Notes under the pieces: model-generated
Seen by the model: the letters and a program-made list of their open reading frames with translations, nothing else
What the model was told of the DNA's origin: nothing
The model's database searches: none
Made by a program: the position numbers and the translations under genes
Source: Lama glama
Taxonomy: Eukaryota
Assembly: GCA_028534125.1 (NCBI GenBank)
Contig: CM052817.1
Span: forward strand, 37,388,001-37,452,000
Length of the DNA stretch: 64,000 nt
Direction of reading: 5' to 3'
Part shown: in pieces, positions 1-13,759 of the stretch
Position numbering within the stretch: the stretch's first letter is position 1
Layout: each line of letters opens with the position of its first letter

Positions 1-149
1 TAAAATAACGGGCCCTACACTTCCACTTGGAAATTCACTGAAAGATGACTTTCCCTCCAATACGAGTATACTACCTCAGTACACATGTTGGAGACACTCA
101 GGAACAGTTTTAAATACCACAGCCTGAGCACAATGGCAAGCAGAGTGAT

Positions 150-420
150 CGGAATGATTCTGTTAGTGATACGAATTGCCAGTGCTTGCTGATGGCCTGG
201 CCCTGTCCTGAGTGCTTTGCTGGTATTAAGTTAATTCTCAACACAAGCTGTTAAGCCGAGTACAGTATTACCATCCTGCTTTACAGATAAGAAAAGTGAG
301 GCCCAGGAAGCTGGTAATTTTCTCCAAGTCAGGGGTTTGTAAGTGGTGGGACAGAGCTATGACCCTAGGTCTCTGGCTCCAGGTCCCTGACTCCTAGTCA
401 CTACGCCACTCATGCAGCCT
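150..420. mobile_element. MIR SINE fragment
   Basis: MIR core-like ttacagataagaaaagtgaggcccagga and cagagctatgaccctaggtctctggctccag. Confidence 0.65.
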
Positions 421-1274
421 CTCTGGAGAAGCTACTGTCACTCTCTCAAGGAAACAGTCGCAGGGTTACTTCCATGTTTTCAGAAAATCATTTTTCGTGA
501 TATCTGTTTCATCACAACACTCCCAAATTTGACATGACTTTCGAGCCCAGCTATATGGCTCCTGCGAAATGCAAACGGTGATTTATTATCATGGTTGGTT
601 TGGTTTTCTTTAGGAGTGTTTGGGGTTGAAATTCAATATCTGGGACCAGAGCATCTACCATTTTTCAGTGACTAAGCATAAGGATATTTTTTTTAAAGCA
701 ATTTGAAGTAAACATTGAACTCCAGTCCTGTTTTTCACCCGATATTTTGGTACCATGAACCCTACAGTCCCCCACAATGATTCACAAGTCACGTGAAAAC
801 GTCATTTTCATCCTTCAGAAAAGATGGTGGTAGGAAGTTTGCAGAGCTACAGGTTAATGCTACTGAGCAACACGACTGGGTCACAGTAATACAGTTACTG
901 ATGGTGGTGACATCAAGGACAATCATTTTATGACTAGGAAGTGATTTTAGAATACGAACTAACTTGGCTGAAACAATTTCAACTCACAGAATTTCTCTCT
1001 CCTCCCTCACTTCAACAAATGTATAGTTGCAAGGGGTCAACCATATATGTAGGTTATAGATTTCCAACAACCTCAGATAAGTGGATCACAGCTGAGAGAC
1101 CAACATAAAATAATAAATCAAGAAACACTGTCGACCCAAACAATTTTCCTAACACTCATACATTTATTCTCAGAGTTAAGTCAAGGTCCTGGGAAATTCA
1201 CTGGTTTTGGACAGCTTCCTACAGCCTACATGCGATACTTAAGCCCTAGGTTTTCAACCAACTTTGATGACGTC

Positions 1275-1968
1275 TATAGCACATTACCCAAGACATCTTT
1301 GGCAAGCACCTCCTTGCACTCTCCCCACTCACGGCTGGTGGCTAGCAGTTTTGTTTCATGGACAGCAGCCTCTCTGAGCCCAGCCTGAAACTGCTCTCGG
1401 GGAGCCTGGGGTTTCAAGAAATTGTGCTGTACACACGCTCTGGTGTACAGTTCTCTGAAGATGGATCCCATGGCCATGTGTTTTGTTCATACCTCTCTGA
1501 TGTCAACAGCTAGCCAAGACTCTTTGGATATTACCAAAGCAGGGGTGCCAGTGCCCCCCAACCCCACCTCCACCCCGAAGGGGTCCTGCTGCCTTTCACA
1601 ACTCATGCAGTCTAAAGTGCTAAATCTTTACTACGCTACAATGGTTACTGCCTCCGGTTTCCACATGGGTATTAGTTATCCCCTCTTCAGGAATGAGGAC
1701 TTCCACATGGAGGACTGGCTGTCAGCCAAGTCTGACTCAGTCCAGTCTATAAATTGTTGTCAAGCCCCTGGCAGACCCTTGGCTCAAGGTTCAGAACTGT
1801 TGTGTTCAGACCCTGCTAGGGAGGGGGCAAGTGATCAGGAGAAAAGCACAGAGCAGCTTCCTAGGGTCAATCAGGTCAATCGGCGCCAGCCCTGGAGTTC
1901 CTGCCCCCAGAGGTGCACGGATTAAATAAAGCCTTGTCCACAAGCAACACCACTGCTTGCACATAACA
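1275..1968 (+). mobile_element. Possible ancient LTR
   Basis: TATAAA near 1748, AATAAA near 1925, ends ...cataaca. Family not identified. Confidence 0.35.
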
Positions 1969-3495
1969 GTGTAAGACCAGGAGAAGGAAAACAAGAGGGA
2001 GTGGCTACGACATAAGGAGCAGAGAGCAAACAGAAAAGACATCTAATCCTCTTCCCTACCTCACATGTGAGAAATTCAAGTACCACCGTTTTACAGCTTT
2101 AAACAGACTTACAGATGAAGATTTAAAAAAAAAAAAAAAAGAACATAACCACAATACTACTATCCCACCTAAAACTTTCCCTTTAATATTCATATTCATA
2201 AAATTTTCCTTTAATAATCTCAACTATCCAGTTAGTCTTCAAATTTAATTGATGTGCCCAGACCCAAACAAGGTCCTTTCATTACAGAGCTGATATACAT
2301 GTTCAGTCTTTAAATAATCTATGTATTTTTTTCTTGAGGTTTATTTGGGGGAAAATTATTTTCTACAGAGTTCTCACATTGTGGATTTTGCTGATAGCAT
2401 GAAGTGTCCTGTAACACGTTCCTCAGTCCAGTGTATTTCCAATAAACTGAATTGATCAGATTCCTGTCCAAACTTTTGGAAAGACTGTTTCATGGGTGGT
2501 TTGTCTATATCCCACGGAATCCCGTCAGGATACACAATAGTTAACTCTTTAAAAAAAAATTAACATTAAATAATGGATTTAGCCATCCCAAACCATCCCA
2601 TTAAAAAGTTTCTCACCATCTTTTAACATAATGATATTATCAGCTACTGGTAATCACTGCCTACCCAGTTTGAAAATGAATATTGGAATGATAATATTCC
2701 AATGCTATCACTCTGTATTTGCTATTTTTTCTATTTTGCTCTTTTTTTAAATAACTTTCCCTCATTAATTATTTGGTTACCCAAGTATTCAGGAAATTAG
2801 GCTAAACACTTGATTCTTTGTTTCTTTTTTTATTTTTTAAAAATTATACATTGGTTCTCTACCATTCTCCAAAGGTAACTAATGGATTTTGTTGTTTTAG
2901 TATCATTTTAAATCCATGGGTTTAAACATTTGATGCATTTTAATCCATTGCAGTTTTTATTCATTTGTGCTCCCACTGGCTGATCTTTGGCTGTAAGAAA
3001 CCCTTCAAGTTGTTTCTGGAGTCCTCCTGCTCTCACACCAATATCTCTGATAGTGTTTGTTTTCTGGTAATGATGAGAAAATTTAGCTCATCTTGTACAT
3101 TTCCAGACCCAGATCTAGACTCTAATTCCAGTCTTTACTGCAAAAAGCCTCGGTTCCTTTTAGTGAGAAATGGTGTGTAAAATCTATACCGTGGGGTCTG
3201 GGAGAGTGCCCTGCCACTGCGTTGGCCATTTTTATGTTTCTCTCCCCAAGGGCCAGAAGAAGGAAATGCAACTTTTGAAACATACTAGGCAGCGTTAGTT
3301 TTTCTATTGATATTTTCAACTAAATTTAGGGTTATAGTGTTTTTACTTGGCCTCTTTGATTCTGTTTGTATCTCTTTTCTCTCACACTGAAAATTTTGTT
3401 TCCTAACCAGTGCAATAATGATAGCTACGTTGTTACTAAACATGTTTGCTGAGAACAGTTTAAGGTTTCTCTGTCATTAAAAGTTACTTGAAGTA

Positions 3496-4556
3496 CAGAC
3501 AATCCTCACTGGCAGAGGAGTGCAGGACATAAAAAGGACTGCCCAGGCTGAAACTCCGCAAAACAATCGTTAATAATCAACGGGGTAAATTACAGTTGTT
3601 TCATGTCTTTAACCAATTTTTTTCAAAACACTAAAAGTTCATAAGTTTTTAGGCAAAAAAACTAATATATATATAAGGAATGTAAGTTACATATAAATAG
3701 TATATACAAAATGATATATATAAGTACTTAATATAGTTACTGGTTTACGGGGAAATGAACAAAATAGGAAAACTAACATTTCATTTAGTGTACTGTGATC
3801 TAAGACATTAGACACATTTGAGAATTGAGGGGTTTCATTTGTTTAAAAAAAGAGTTCTTTGAGCAGTGCCTGCTTCTCCTTATCACGTAACTTATGACAC
3901 AAGCGGACATCTTTTCCATGCCCTAGCAAAGTGTCACAATGGATCAACTTTAAAGGTGGTGAAATATCTCCGGGAGTTCTTTTAATGTGAGTACTTTGAG
4001 GCACCACTTCCTCTTAGACGTTGTCATCCTTTCCATCTGGACCACTTGGCTTATTTATTTCAGTGTTACTTCCACTCCGCTCCCCTGGCAGCACATGCCC
4101 ACAGTCAGCTATTTCTTCTCTAACTTCACTCAGGCGCTATTTGAATTTCACTCCCAGCATTGTCACTTATTGTTTCTTTCCTGCACTTTGGTCTTTGTTG
4201 GCCAATTCTCTCTTTCGACTATGCATCTGTGTGAAAGGTCACACGGGTTTATCACTGGGAGACAAGGAGGCAACACAGTGACAGGCTTTGCTATCTGTGC
4301 ATGAGCTAAATGACCACCTCAGCGACCAATCACCAAAAGGCTTTAAAATCAGTGACATGACTGGTCACTGATCATGATGCTGTCTGTTATTTAAACAGTG
4401 ATTTGTGGAGCAATGAGCTGGCAGCAAAGTTTGTGCTTTATGAATACTGCTGTGCTCACTGAAATTTGAATCACCGTGTTGGAGGACTGGTGTCATTTAA
4501 ACCATGACAACTGAAGTGTGTGTGTACTGGAACTGTGCAAAATAAGGACTGACTGC
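3496..4556 (-). mobile_element. TcMar-Tigger DNA transposon fossil (Tigger6-like)
   Basis: TA-preceded cagacaatcctca... and terminal ...aaggactgactg form imperfect inverted termini; decayed transposase-like text on the minus strand at 3900-4300. Confidence 0.55.
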
Positions 4557-4904
4557 GATTCCTCTCAGTAAATATAAACCACCAATTACAGAAACTATTA
4601 ATTTCACTTGCTCATTGTTGCTTTCAATTTTTAAGGGATTGTTTTCCCCTCTTTGATTTTGTTTTGTAATTGTGTGTAACATTCAGTAGTTCAAAAGTGA
4701 GCCACAAAGCAAGGTACATTCAGGTGCATCTAGCTTCTGTTTTTGTTCCCCCATAGTTTTTGGTTTATCCTCTTATTACATATTTTTTAATACAAGCAAA
4801 TACATATACATTTTCATAGTCTTCTTCCCTTACTAAATAAAAGATAGCATAACTATACATAATATTCTGCACCTTATTTTTTAAAATAATATATCTTAGA
4901 GAAA

Positions 4905-5052
4905 ATTTAGGCTCATCTTAAAGGTATAGCTGTGTGTTAAAGCATGCGCCTAGCATGCACAAGGTCCCAGGTTCATTCCCCAGTACCTCCACTGAAATAA
5001 ATACCTAACTACCTTCCCCAAAACACACAAAAATTTTTTTAAATAAAACAAA
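4905..5052 (+). mobile_element. Camelid tRNA-derived SINE (Vic-1-like)
   Basis: ggtatagc...agcatgcacaaggtcccaggttcattccccagtacctcc; TSD at(a/g)tcttagaga. Confidence 0.8.
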
Positions 5053-5674
5053 ATGTCTTAGAGATCACACAACAGCAGAAAACAGTCCCTGTTTCTTTTT
5101 ATAGTTGTGTAGCACTCCACTGTGTTGCAGGACCTGATGTTTAAACACCAACTCCCTGTTGACAGTTGGGTTGTTCCCAGGCTTTTGCTATCACACACAG
5201 TCCGTAATAAATAAACTTACAGATATCTTTTTCTTATTTTTGCCAGTGTATCTTGAGGATAAATTCCTAAAAGGGAGCTGGCTAGATCAAAGGTAAAAGC
5301 AAATGTAAGTCTGCTCCCTACCGCCAATTCCCCTCCAAGCGCTCTACATGCTGCGTTCCCACTGCTCTGAGTGGGAGCGCAGTACCAGGATTCCCCCCTA
5401 CAGTCTTATCAACAAAACGTGGTGTTGAACTTTTGCTTTTTACCACCCCTGATAGACAAGATCTGATAGTGCTGTGTAGTTTTCATTTGCATCCCTCTTA
5501 GTATGCATGACTGAGCATCTTTTCATATCAAAGGGACATTTTAAAACCATAACTGTTTTGACAGGTTTGATATTGTAGAGTAAGAGTTTTCATACAAACT
5601 TTCCACAAAGATAAAAAAAGAACTACTAAACACATTCCTTAAAAAATCTGAGTAATTTAAATACACTCCCCCCA

Positions 5675-5701
5675 ACACACACACACACACACACACACAC
5701 A
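5675..5701. repeat. (CA)n microsatellite
   Basis: Direct reading. Confidence 0.95.
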
Positions 5702-8109
5702 GACTTTATTCATATCAGTTCATCTAATCAATACATATTTGAGGGGTTTGTTGCACCAGGACCTGCCCCTGATGTGCTAACAGAGGCTGGGCAGAGGGCC
5801 GTGGGAAGGCCATGGAAGAAGTTAAGTGTTTAGCGGGCACCCCAGTCATCGGCAGGCACATCACTGGAGTAGAGTATCTGAGGCAAACTTTCAACAAGAG
5901 TTCATTGGGTCAAAAGAGAAAGGGTTTTCTAGGCTTTTAGAGATGGTCTGAGCCAAGAGTAATAAATGGTCACAACAGAACAAACCTGCCTTTTCTATTT
6001 TAAAAATAAAAATCTTAGAGGTGGTGGGATAGGCCACAGGTGCCAGAATTATGGTGAGAAAAGCAGAAAGAGATACAACCAAAAGTTTAAACTACTATAA
6101 TTAAACCCTGTAACTAGGTACCTCTAACCTGATGTAATGCCCAGCACTGATTATGGAGTCCACGAAAAGTAATCCAAGAACAGAGTCCAGGGAGGTATTT
6201 TGTTGAAGGACAAGGATACAACCCCTATTCCACATAGGTGGAATCCTTTCCACTCAGGATTAGAATCTGAGAAGCCAGCAGGCTTACAGAAACTTTTTAT
6301 ACTGCGCAATTTACTAGACAAAGTCTGTCATGATACAAGCATGAAATGTAGCAATGAGAAAGAAGCTACCACCACCAATAAGACAGTATTAAAAAGTAAT
6401 TCTGAGATTCTTTGATTGAAGTAATTACACATCTAAACAAAAACCCCAATACAACTAAACCACTTCATAGCTTATTTCTCACTAAACCTATCAGCAACCA
6501 TTTACCTTTTCCCTCACACCCACAATTAAGACTGTAAGAGTCAACACAACCCAGGGCAGAGTACACGGCTGATTCATCTCTGTATCCCCCACAGCACCAT
6601 GTGAAGTAGGCATTCAATAAATATTTGGTGTATGAAAGAATGAAAACACCCTCCCATAGTAACAAGCCCAGACTTTTCCATGGGAGGACCTTTCTCCTGA
6701 ATTATACGTTAGGGCAACTCCCTAGTAAACCTTTCAAACAAATTCAACAAACACTCACCGGGTACCCAGTAAGCTCAGTATTAGGCACTATTCTTGGCAG
6801 TGGCCTGAAAAGATGAGTAACCCCTAGTCCCTAACACCCGGAGGGAACCCAGTCTACTGTGTGAGAAACACGAACTATAAAATACAATGGGAAAACGCCA
6901 CCGCGGAGAGAAAATGATGTGGGAACACAGGTGAAGGAACAAGTCATTATGCAGGGACTGAGGGGGAAAGGTGAGCTCAGAGAATCCACAAAACTTCAAT
7001 CCCAGCCCTGTCCTCCCCAACACACATGTTCATACATGCTCATATCCACTCTAAAACAGTATTTGAAAAAACAGACGATCAAGTCGTTCCACCGCAAAGA
7101 ACCCTTCAAGGGTCTACGATAGGTCAAAGCTTATCTCCACTCAACGCAAAAGCCACGACCACCACCACCTGCAGCTAGTGGGCGCCTGCCGTATTCAATC
7201 CTTACAGTAACCTGAGGTTGCTGCTGCCATTTCAGTTTGACAGACCAGGAAACTAAGGGTACAGAATGATTTTTTTTTTTTTAATTTTGTCCTAGATGTC
7301 GGACATGGGAAAGCCAGATGCGCAGCTGTGAGCCCAGTTCTGGCACAGAGCTCCTTTGTGATCACCCACTTCTCAGCCTCATCTCCTGCCTCTGGGCTCC
7401 TTGCACCATAAAACTTCAGTAATATCAAACTACTTTAAATTCTGTGAACACAACTCAAGTTGTTTCAAACCTCTGTGCTCCTACGTGGAAAGCCCTTCAG
7501 CCACCCCTCACCAAAGCGTTCCTTGGCACGGCAATAAAAACTGTGTGCCCCTCCCATGATCAAGTATCCTTTGTTACAACCCGCCATCCTCGAGCTTATC
7601 ACACTGTATTATAACTCCTCATTTGCATTTACATTTCTACACTTAGCTCTCCTGTACTTACCCTATGACAATCAACCTTTATCATGCTTCACTGTAATTA
7701 CTTGTTTAAATGTCTTTGAAGACTTTTAAGTCTTTTAAGACTGTCTTAAGGAGTTTTGTATCCCCAGCACATGGTGCACAGGAAGCCCTAAATAATGTTT
7801 GTTGAACTGAAACCAAATAAAGGTGAAGGTAGGATAAACAGGCTTTTCCCAGGAAAACAAAGTAGTGTTGGAAGACCATTCCAGGCATGGGACCAACAGG
7901 GTCAGGAACACAGAAGTACAGGAAGACATGGCTTTCAGAGGGGAAGCAGTGAAAACTCATGTTGCTCTGCAGGGAGCCCAGGAGACACAAAGGGCAAGCA
8001 CCAAAGAGGTGAGTGCCTATCAGGCTGCAGACACCCTCAACATGCTCCTTAGGCAGCAGTGATCCAGCAGAGTTTTTTGAACAGTCGTGGTTTAGAAAGA
8101 TCACTCCAG

Positions 8110-8282
8110 GAGGGGAGGGTATAGCTCAAGTGGTAGAGCACACACTTGGCATGCACAAGGTCCTGAGTCAAATCCCCAGTACCTCCTCTAAAGATAAATA
8201 ACTAAATAAACCTAATTACCTCCCCCACCAACAAAAAACTTTTTTTTAATAATAATTGTCTTTAAAAAAAGAAGAAAAAGAA
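8110..8282 (+). mobile_element. Camelid tRNA-derived SINE (Vic-1-like)
   Basis: A box tagctcaagtggtagagc, B-box-like gagtcaaatccc; TSD agaaag(a/t)tcactccag at 8094-8109 and 8283-8298. Confidence 0.92.
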
Positions 8283-9984
8283 AGAAAGTTCACTCCAGCA
8301 GACACGGGGGATGGAGGAGGCAGCAGCTGGCTAGAGGAACGGGGAACTGGAGTTGGCTGGAAAAGTCCAGGCAGTTACTGTCAATAGTATTTACAAGACA
8401 ACAGGGAAAGAAAGAGGGCCTGGAGTCTGAGGCCAGAAAGGGACAGCAGAACCTTCTAAACCGCGAGCTGAGAGTTGTTCTTGGTGTCATGACCCCCAAC
8501 CTTAGCTAGTCACCAAAGTTCTTTTCTGAATTTAACTGATGTGAGCAAAACATTACATTCAACTTCTTCTTTTAAGTGTATATAAAAAGCTTCCTTGTGG
8601 TTGTTTCCGATTGTTAGCCTTTGAGATACTTGATTTGCATACTGTTAATTAGAAGAAATATCATCCTTTCAGGAAATCGTAAGTTAGCGATTCTTGATGG
8701 CATTTCCTGTCTGATTCCCTTCATTTGCACTTAAAACCTTAGAAGAAAAGCAACTTCACAGCAACCAAAATGATAATGGTGGAACAGCCTTTAGAAGGAG
8801 ACCATATTTAATATAGAAATCACTGCATTTCTAAAAACTCTAAAGTTTAGGTAGGACAAAGTTGAACTCTGCCACAGCGATGCGACAAGCAAGATGGCAT
8901 GACCCCAAAGCCCCCAAAAGAAAGTAAAAATGAATCAGAGTAACCATGGTTCTCAGCGGGGAGCTCTTACACAGGACATGTCACCTCCTTCCACGATCCT
9001 GCAACACCTTATTGACACTTCCATTAGAATACTTATATCACACAGTTTCATAATTTATCCGTGTGCCTTATCTCTCTGGTTAAAGGGACCCTTTATATCT
9101 TGATCCTCTTTAGACACTAGGTTTTAACGTACCATCTGACATAGTAAATGTTCAATAAATACTAAATGAATGAATGAACGAAAAAACTCTAAAAGTGGGG
9201 GTGGGGCTTTCATAATAAAAACTTTCTTGGTCATTATTCTAATTCCAGGAAATAAAAGCTGAGCAAATCTGTTATTTGGTACTTCCTATCTCTCTACCAA
9301 ATCAATCTGCTTCCAGAAATAAGGGAAAAGGTAAGCTGCTATTCTAGTCTAAATATCTGCATTAAAATTTGAAGGCCACACCGTAATTTGCACTCTTCCT
9401 TTTTTTTTCCTACTATAAAGGGTGATTTTAAGCACAAAAAAAAAAAAAAAAGAGGCGGAGGGATTGTCTGAGGCAGAATTGGGAAGCCCAATGTAAAATT
9501 CAGCATAACCTACTAAGCAATTCTGTAGATTACTTCTCAGTGTATCACTGTCTCACCCTGCCCCCTCCAAGAGGCTGCAGCAACCAGGTGTGATGAGCAT
9601 GAGACCCAGCCTAACTGGTCTTCCCACCTCCAGCCTCTGCCAGCTCCATATTTTGCTGCCAAATTAACCTCCCTACAGTACAGCCTGTGATTAACAGAAC
9701 CAAAATGAAATCATTGTCCTCCGCCGTCCAACGCCTCTGTGCAGCAGAGCACGCACTCGTTCAAGTCCATTGCAACATCAAGGCCAGAAGCCTCAGGGAT
9801 GTCTCTGACCTCCCAAACCAACTAGCATAAATCCTAGAGCTTCACTGGTCCCGGTTTTCATCTTTCCCTCCCTCTCCTTTCCATTCAACCTGCTTTCACT
9901 CCCCCTTCTGGTGCTACCAGGCCCAGGTTAGATCAGCTATGACCAAGAGAAACAGAATGGGGGCTACAAAGACTAATTTTAAAT

Positions 9985-10250
9985 TTGCCAGTAGCCATAT
10001 TAAAACGGTAAAAAACAAAAACAAAAACAAAGAAACCAGTGCAATACATTTTATTTAAACCAGTATATACGAAAAGGGTTTTCACTGTTAAACTTATAAT
10101 CAATATGAAGTTACTGACGAGATCTTTTACATTTTTCTCCAGACAAAGTCTTTGAAATCTGTGTGTATTATGCATTTCCAGAACATCTCAATCCAGACCA
10201 GCCACATTTCAAGGGCTCGACAGCCGCATATGGCCAGTGGCTGCTTCACT
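9985..10250. mobile_element. hAT-Charlie MITE (MER3/MER33-like)
   Basis: gtagccatatta...agccacatttcaagggctcgacagccgcatatggccagtggct. Confidence 0.6.
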
Positions 10251-11229
10251 GAACTCTTAACAGTGCAGGCTTAGGAATGACCCCACTGCATCCACTGACT
10301 CCTTCTTTTCCTCCTTTTGAAAATACTTTAATCTAGCTCTAATAGACCATTCCCTAAACCCATTTTCTTCCATGTCACTCCTCTGGCTGTCCCTTAAGCA
10401 TGTCTTTTCTGCTTCTCTCCAAACTTCAATGTCCAGCTCAAGTGCTACCTCATCCATGAAGCCGTTCCCTTACCCTCCCCTCATAATTCATCTCTATCTC
10501 CTTTGTGCTTCCACGTCCTCTTTGCAACTCTAATAACATTGGTGCTTTTGCCTGTTGTACCCAGCAGACTGTAAACTCCCTAAAGACATAGCATTGCTGT
10601 TTATATGATGGCTCTCAAAGAACACAGGGCAGTGCTTTGCATGCAGCAGACTCTTGATGAACTTCTGATGAAAAGAATTCTTTTGATTTACCAGCCTCAC
10701 CTGGGATGAGCGTACTTTTAACATGAATGCACACCCAAGATACTGGTGGTTCCAAGTAAGCTCAACTATTGCTCAATACCCGTTGGCAACACAAGAACTG
10801 AATGTTGGGTGCATCCCAACCCTGTCGTGGAAACAGTGACACTAACTCACACTCTGACCCAGAATTTTAGCAAATGTCAGACATCAGAAGCATCATCTTC
10901 ACGTAAGAAGAGGACTGAGGCCAGAATCCCTGGACATTCTACACAGCATCATAGGCCATATTCACGAGACTTAGTCACAGATCTAACTATTACAAATAAC
11001 ATGCTCTAACAACATGCTAGAAAATGGAAATTCCAAGATTAGATACCCTCATCTGTGTAACAGAGTGCTGAAGTCAGTAACAACCAGGAGAAGTTGGGAC
11101 CTGGTCCCTACCCTGTAACGTTTCATGTTCATGTACCAAACCTTTGGCTTTCTCTCTTTGTGAAATGAGAGGAAAGGATACTTCCCATCCCTGGCAGAGA
11201 CAGTTGCCCCTAAACCACTTTTGCTCATG

Positions 11230-11760
11230 CCCACCACAGTGTAGACATTAGTGCTACTCCTCTGGTCAAAACTCCCAAATGGCTTTCCATCTCACTCCAA
11301 CAACTTTCTAACAGCCTACAAGGCCCTCTACAGCCTAGCCTCCTGCTAGCTCTCTCAGACCTCATCCAACCACTCTCCCTCCCATCACTGCTCCAACCTC
11401 ACTGACTGCCTCCAGGGTCTTTACACATGCTCCCTCCGCCTGAAAAATTTCCCCTACCCCAGCTCTAGTCATGTGTCTGGCTCCTACTCCTTCTGGTCTC
11501 TGCTCAAATATTTACCTTATCAGTGAGGACTTTCCCGATAACTTGAGATAAAATAGCACACCTTTCCCTCATGCACCTGACACTATTTACCCCCACCAGT
11601 CCTGCTTTATAACACTGACATGTTACGTTTGCTCTCTGTCTGCAGTGGACATGCGCTCCAGGAAAGCAGGATCGTGTTGGTTTTATTTGCTGCTATATCC
11701 TCACTGCATAGACCAATGCCTGGAATGCAACGAGATCACAAATACTTACTGGCTGAGTAA
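11230..11760. mobile_element. L2 LINE 3' fragment
   Basis: aaaactcccaaatggctttccatctcactc...ctctgctcaaatatttaccttatcagtgagg...aatgcctggaatgcaa...aaatacttactgg. Confidence 0.65.
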
Positions 11761-12887
11761 GGGAATGTGCAATATTTTAATTTTCTTAAGGAAATGGCAG
11801 AATAAGGGATCATTTCTTCACTTTTTCAAATAATATTTCAGAAAACATTTTCATTTTAATATCTTAAACCTAACTATAAAATTAATACATATGCATCATG
11901 GAAAAAATTTACTCTAAAGTGTATAAATTTTTTTTAGTCATTCCACTAAGCAACCTGAATAATTCTATTCCCAAGAAAATTGCTGTTGCAAGGGTTAGGA
12001 CGTGTCCTTTCAGACCCACTTTAAGACATGTTTGTCTAGATAGAGCTCTATATACCTAGCCATAAAAATAGATCATGCCTTTGATTCTATTCCATAATCT
12101 GTATATTATACCATGCTATGTTGACACACATAGAATTATCTTATTCCTTTTAATAGCTATTTAGTGTTCTATTTTGTTGGTAGACTCTAACGCCCTGTTG
12201 ATGGACAGATTCTAGCGTCTTTCATTTGAAAAGGACCCCCCCAAACAAACGAACGAACAAAATCTCAGGTCAAATAATTCACTGTGTGGCCAAGACATTA
12301 GGACCTCACCTACACATCCCGAACTAGAGCAGAAACCAAAGCACATTCATGAAGCAACAGGGAGGCACTCTGTGCAGAGGGCACCCTGTGAGACCAGGGA
12401 CCAATGAATGCAATCCTCTGCTCCCTACAAATGGCCCCTTCTCTCTCTTTTGTTCTTCACGATCCAGCAAGCATTTATAAAACTACAGATGCTTCTGGGG
12501 CCCACTGTGCCAGCTCTCTGTCTTCTCCTGTTCTCCTGCTCCTATTTTCCCCCTTCTGAAAGACGGATTATCTCACCCCAGACTCACCCCCACACAGACT
12601 TACACCTATCCATTCTCCTTCACCCATGTGCTATGCAAAAGATATCCATAAGGGTCCCCCCGAGACCCTCCAGGGCAGACTTTATTTCCTGAGCTGCCTT
12701 CGTGATTTATACAGCAGTTTCGCCCCCTCTCCTGTCCCCAGCAGTGATCCCAGAACAGGATGTTGCTCATAAATCTTTTCCCTCGGCTTACCTACCACCC
12801 ACTGACTAGCTTATTTTTACAAGAGTTGTCATTTCCCATAGTCCCCTAGTGTAAGCCCCCCCGTGTAAGGTCACAAAAGTGTGGTTC

Positions 12888-13230
12888 CTAAGACAAACCT
12901 TCTATGTTATCGCTTATATGTGGAACCTAAAAAGCAAAACAAATGAATGTATATAACAAAACAGAAACAGAGTCACAGATGTATTTAACAAACTAGTGGT
13001 CACCACTAGAGAGAGGAAAGGGGGCGGGGCAAGATAGGGATAGGGGATTTAGAGATACAAACTACTATGTATAAAATAGATAAGCAACAAATATACACTG
13101 TACAGCACAGGGAAGTATAGCCACTGTTTTGTAGTAACTTTAAATGGAGTATAGTCTATAAAAATATTGAATTACTATGTTATACAACTGAAACTAACAT
13201 TATAAATCAATCATATTTCAATTTAAAAAA
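12888..13230 (+). mobile_element. 5'-truncated L1 (3'UTR only)
   Basis: L1 3'UTR text (cttatatgtggaacctaaaa...acagcacagggaagtatagc...aactgaaactaaca), A tail, 13-bp TSD aaaagtgtggttc at 12875-12887 and 13231-13243. Confidence 0.9.
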
Positions 13231-13555
13231 AAAAGTGTGGTTCTTTGTCCATCACAAGAACCAGACAGTCAAAATGTCATCCTTCTGCCATTGCAAGTGC
13301 AGAAAATTCTACAAGGGGCTAGGAAGGAATGTTGATATATTTAAAAGCACATCCCAAACCCAGAGACAAAACTCAGGCAAAATCGCTAAGAGGGCATTAC
13401 CGTTTGGTTATAGAAGCCAATTCTCATTCCATCTTTAAATTATTTAACTAATTAATTTACTGAGTATCTTCTAAGTCTAGGTACAATGCCAGCCCTTGGA
13501 GACACCAAGATGACAGCTCTTAAGCAACTGTCTGATGACAGAATCTTGCAAGGAA

Positions 13556-13759
13556 GGGAGGAGGGTATAGCTCAGCGGTAGAGTATATGCGTAGCATGCA
13601 CAAGGTCCTAGGTTCAATCCCCAGTACCTCCATTAAAAAAAAAAAAACTTAATAAAAATCTAATTTCCTCTCCCACCAAAAAATAAAATAATAAACAATT
13701 AAAAATTAAAAAGTGTATCAATAAATGAAATCTTCCTACTCTATTACAGTAAAAAAAAA
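13556..13759 (+). mobile_element. Camelid tRNA-derived SINE with extended 3' tail
   Basis: gagggtatagctcagcggtagag...ggttcaatccccagtacctcc; TSD gaat(c/t)ttgcaag. Confidence 0.9.

Noticed and set aside
1422..1925. 167-aa ORF
   Set aside because: Non-ATG start, no recognisable domain, and it lies in probable LTR-derived intronic sequence.
7195..7230. MAAATSG as the alternative AFF1 N-terminus (MAAQSS)
   Set aside because: The sequence differs, the splice phase does not fit and there is no CpG island here. That alternative first exon is expected further downstream, outside the window.
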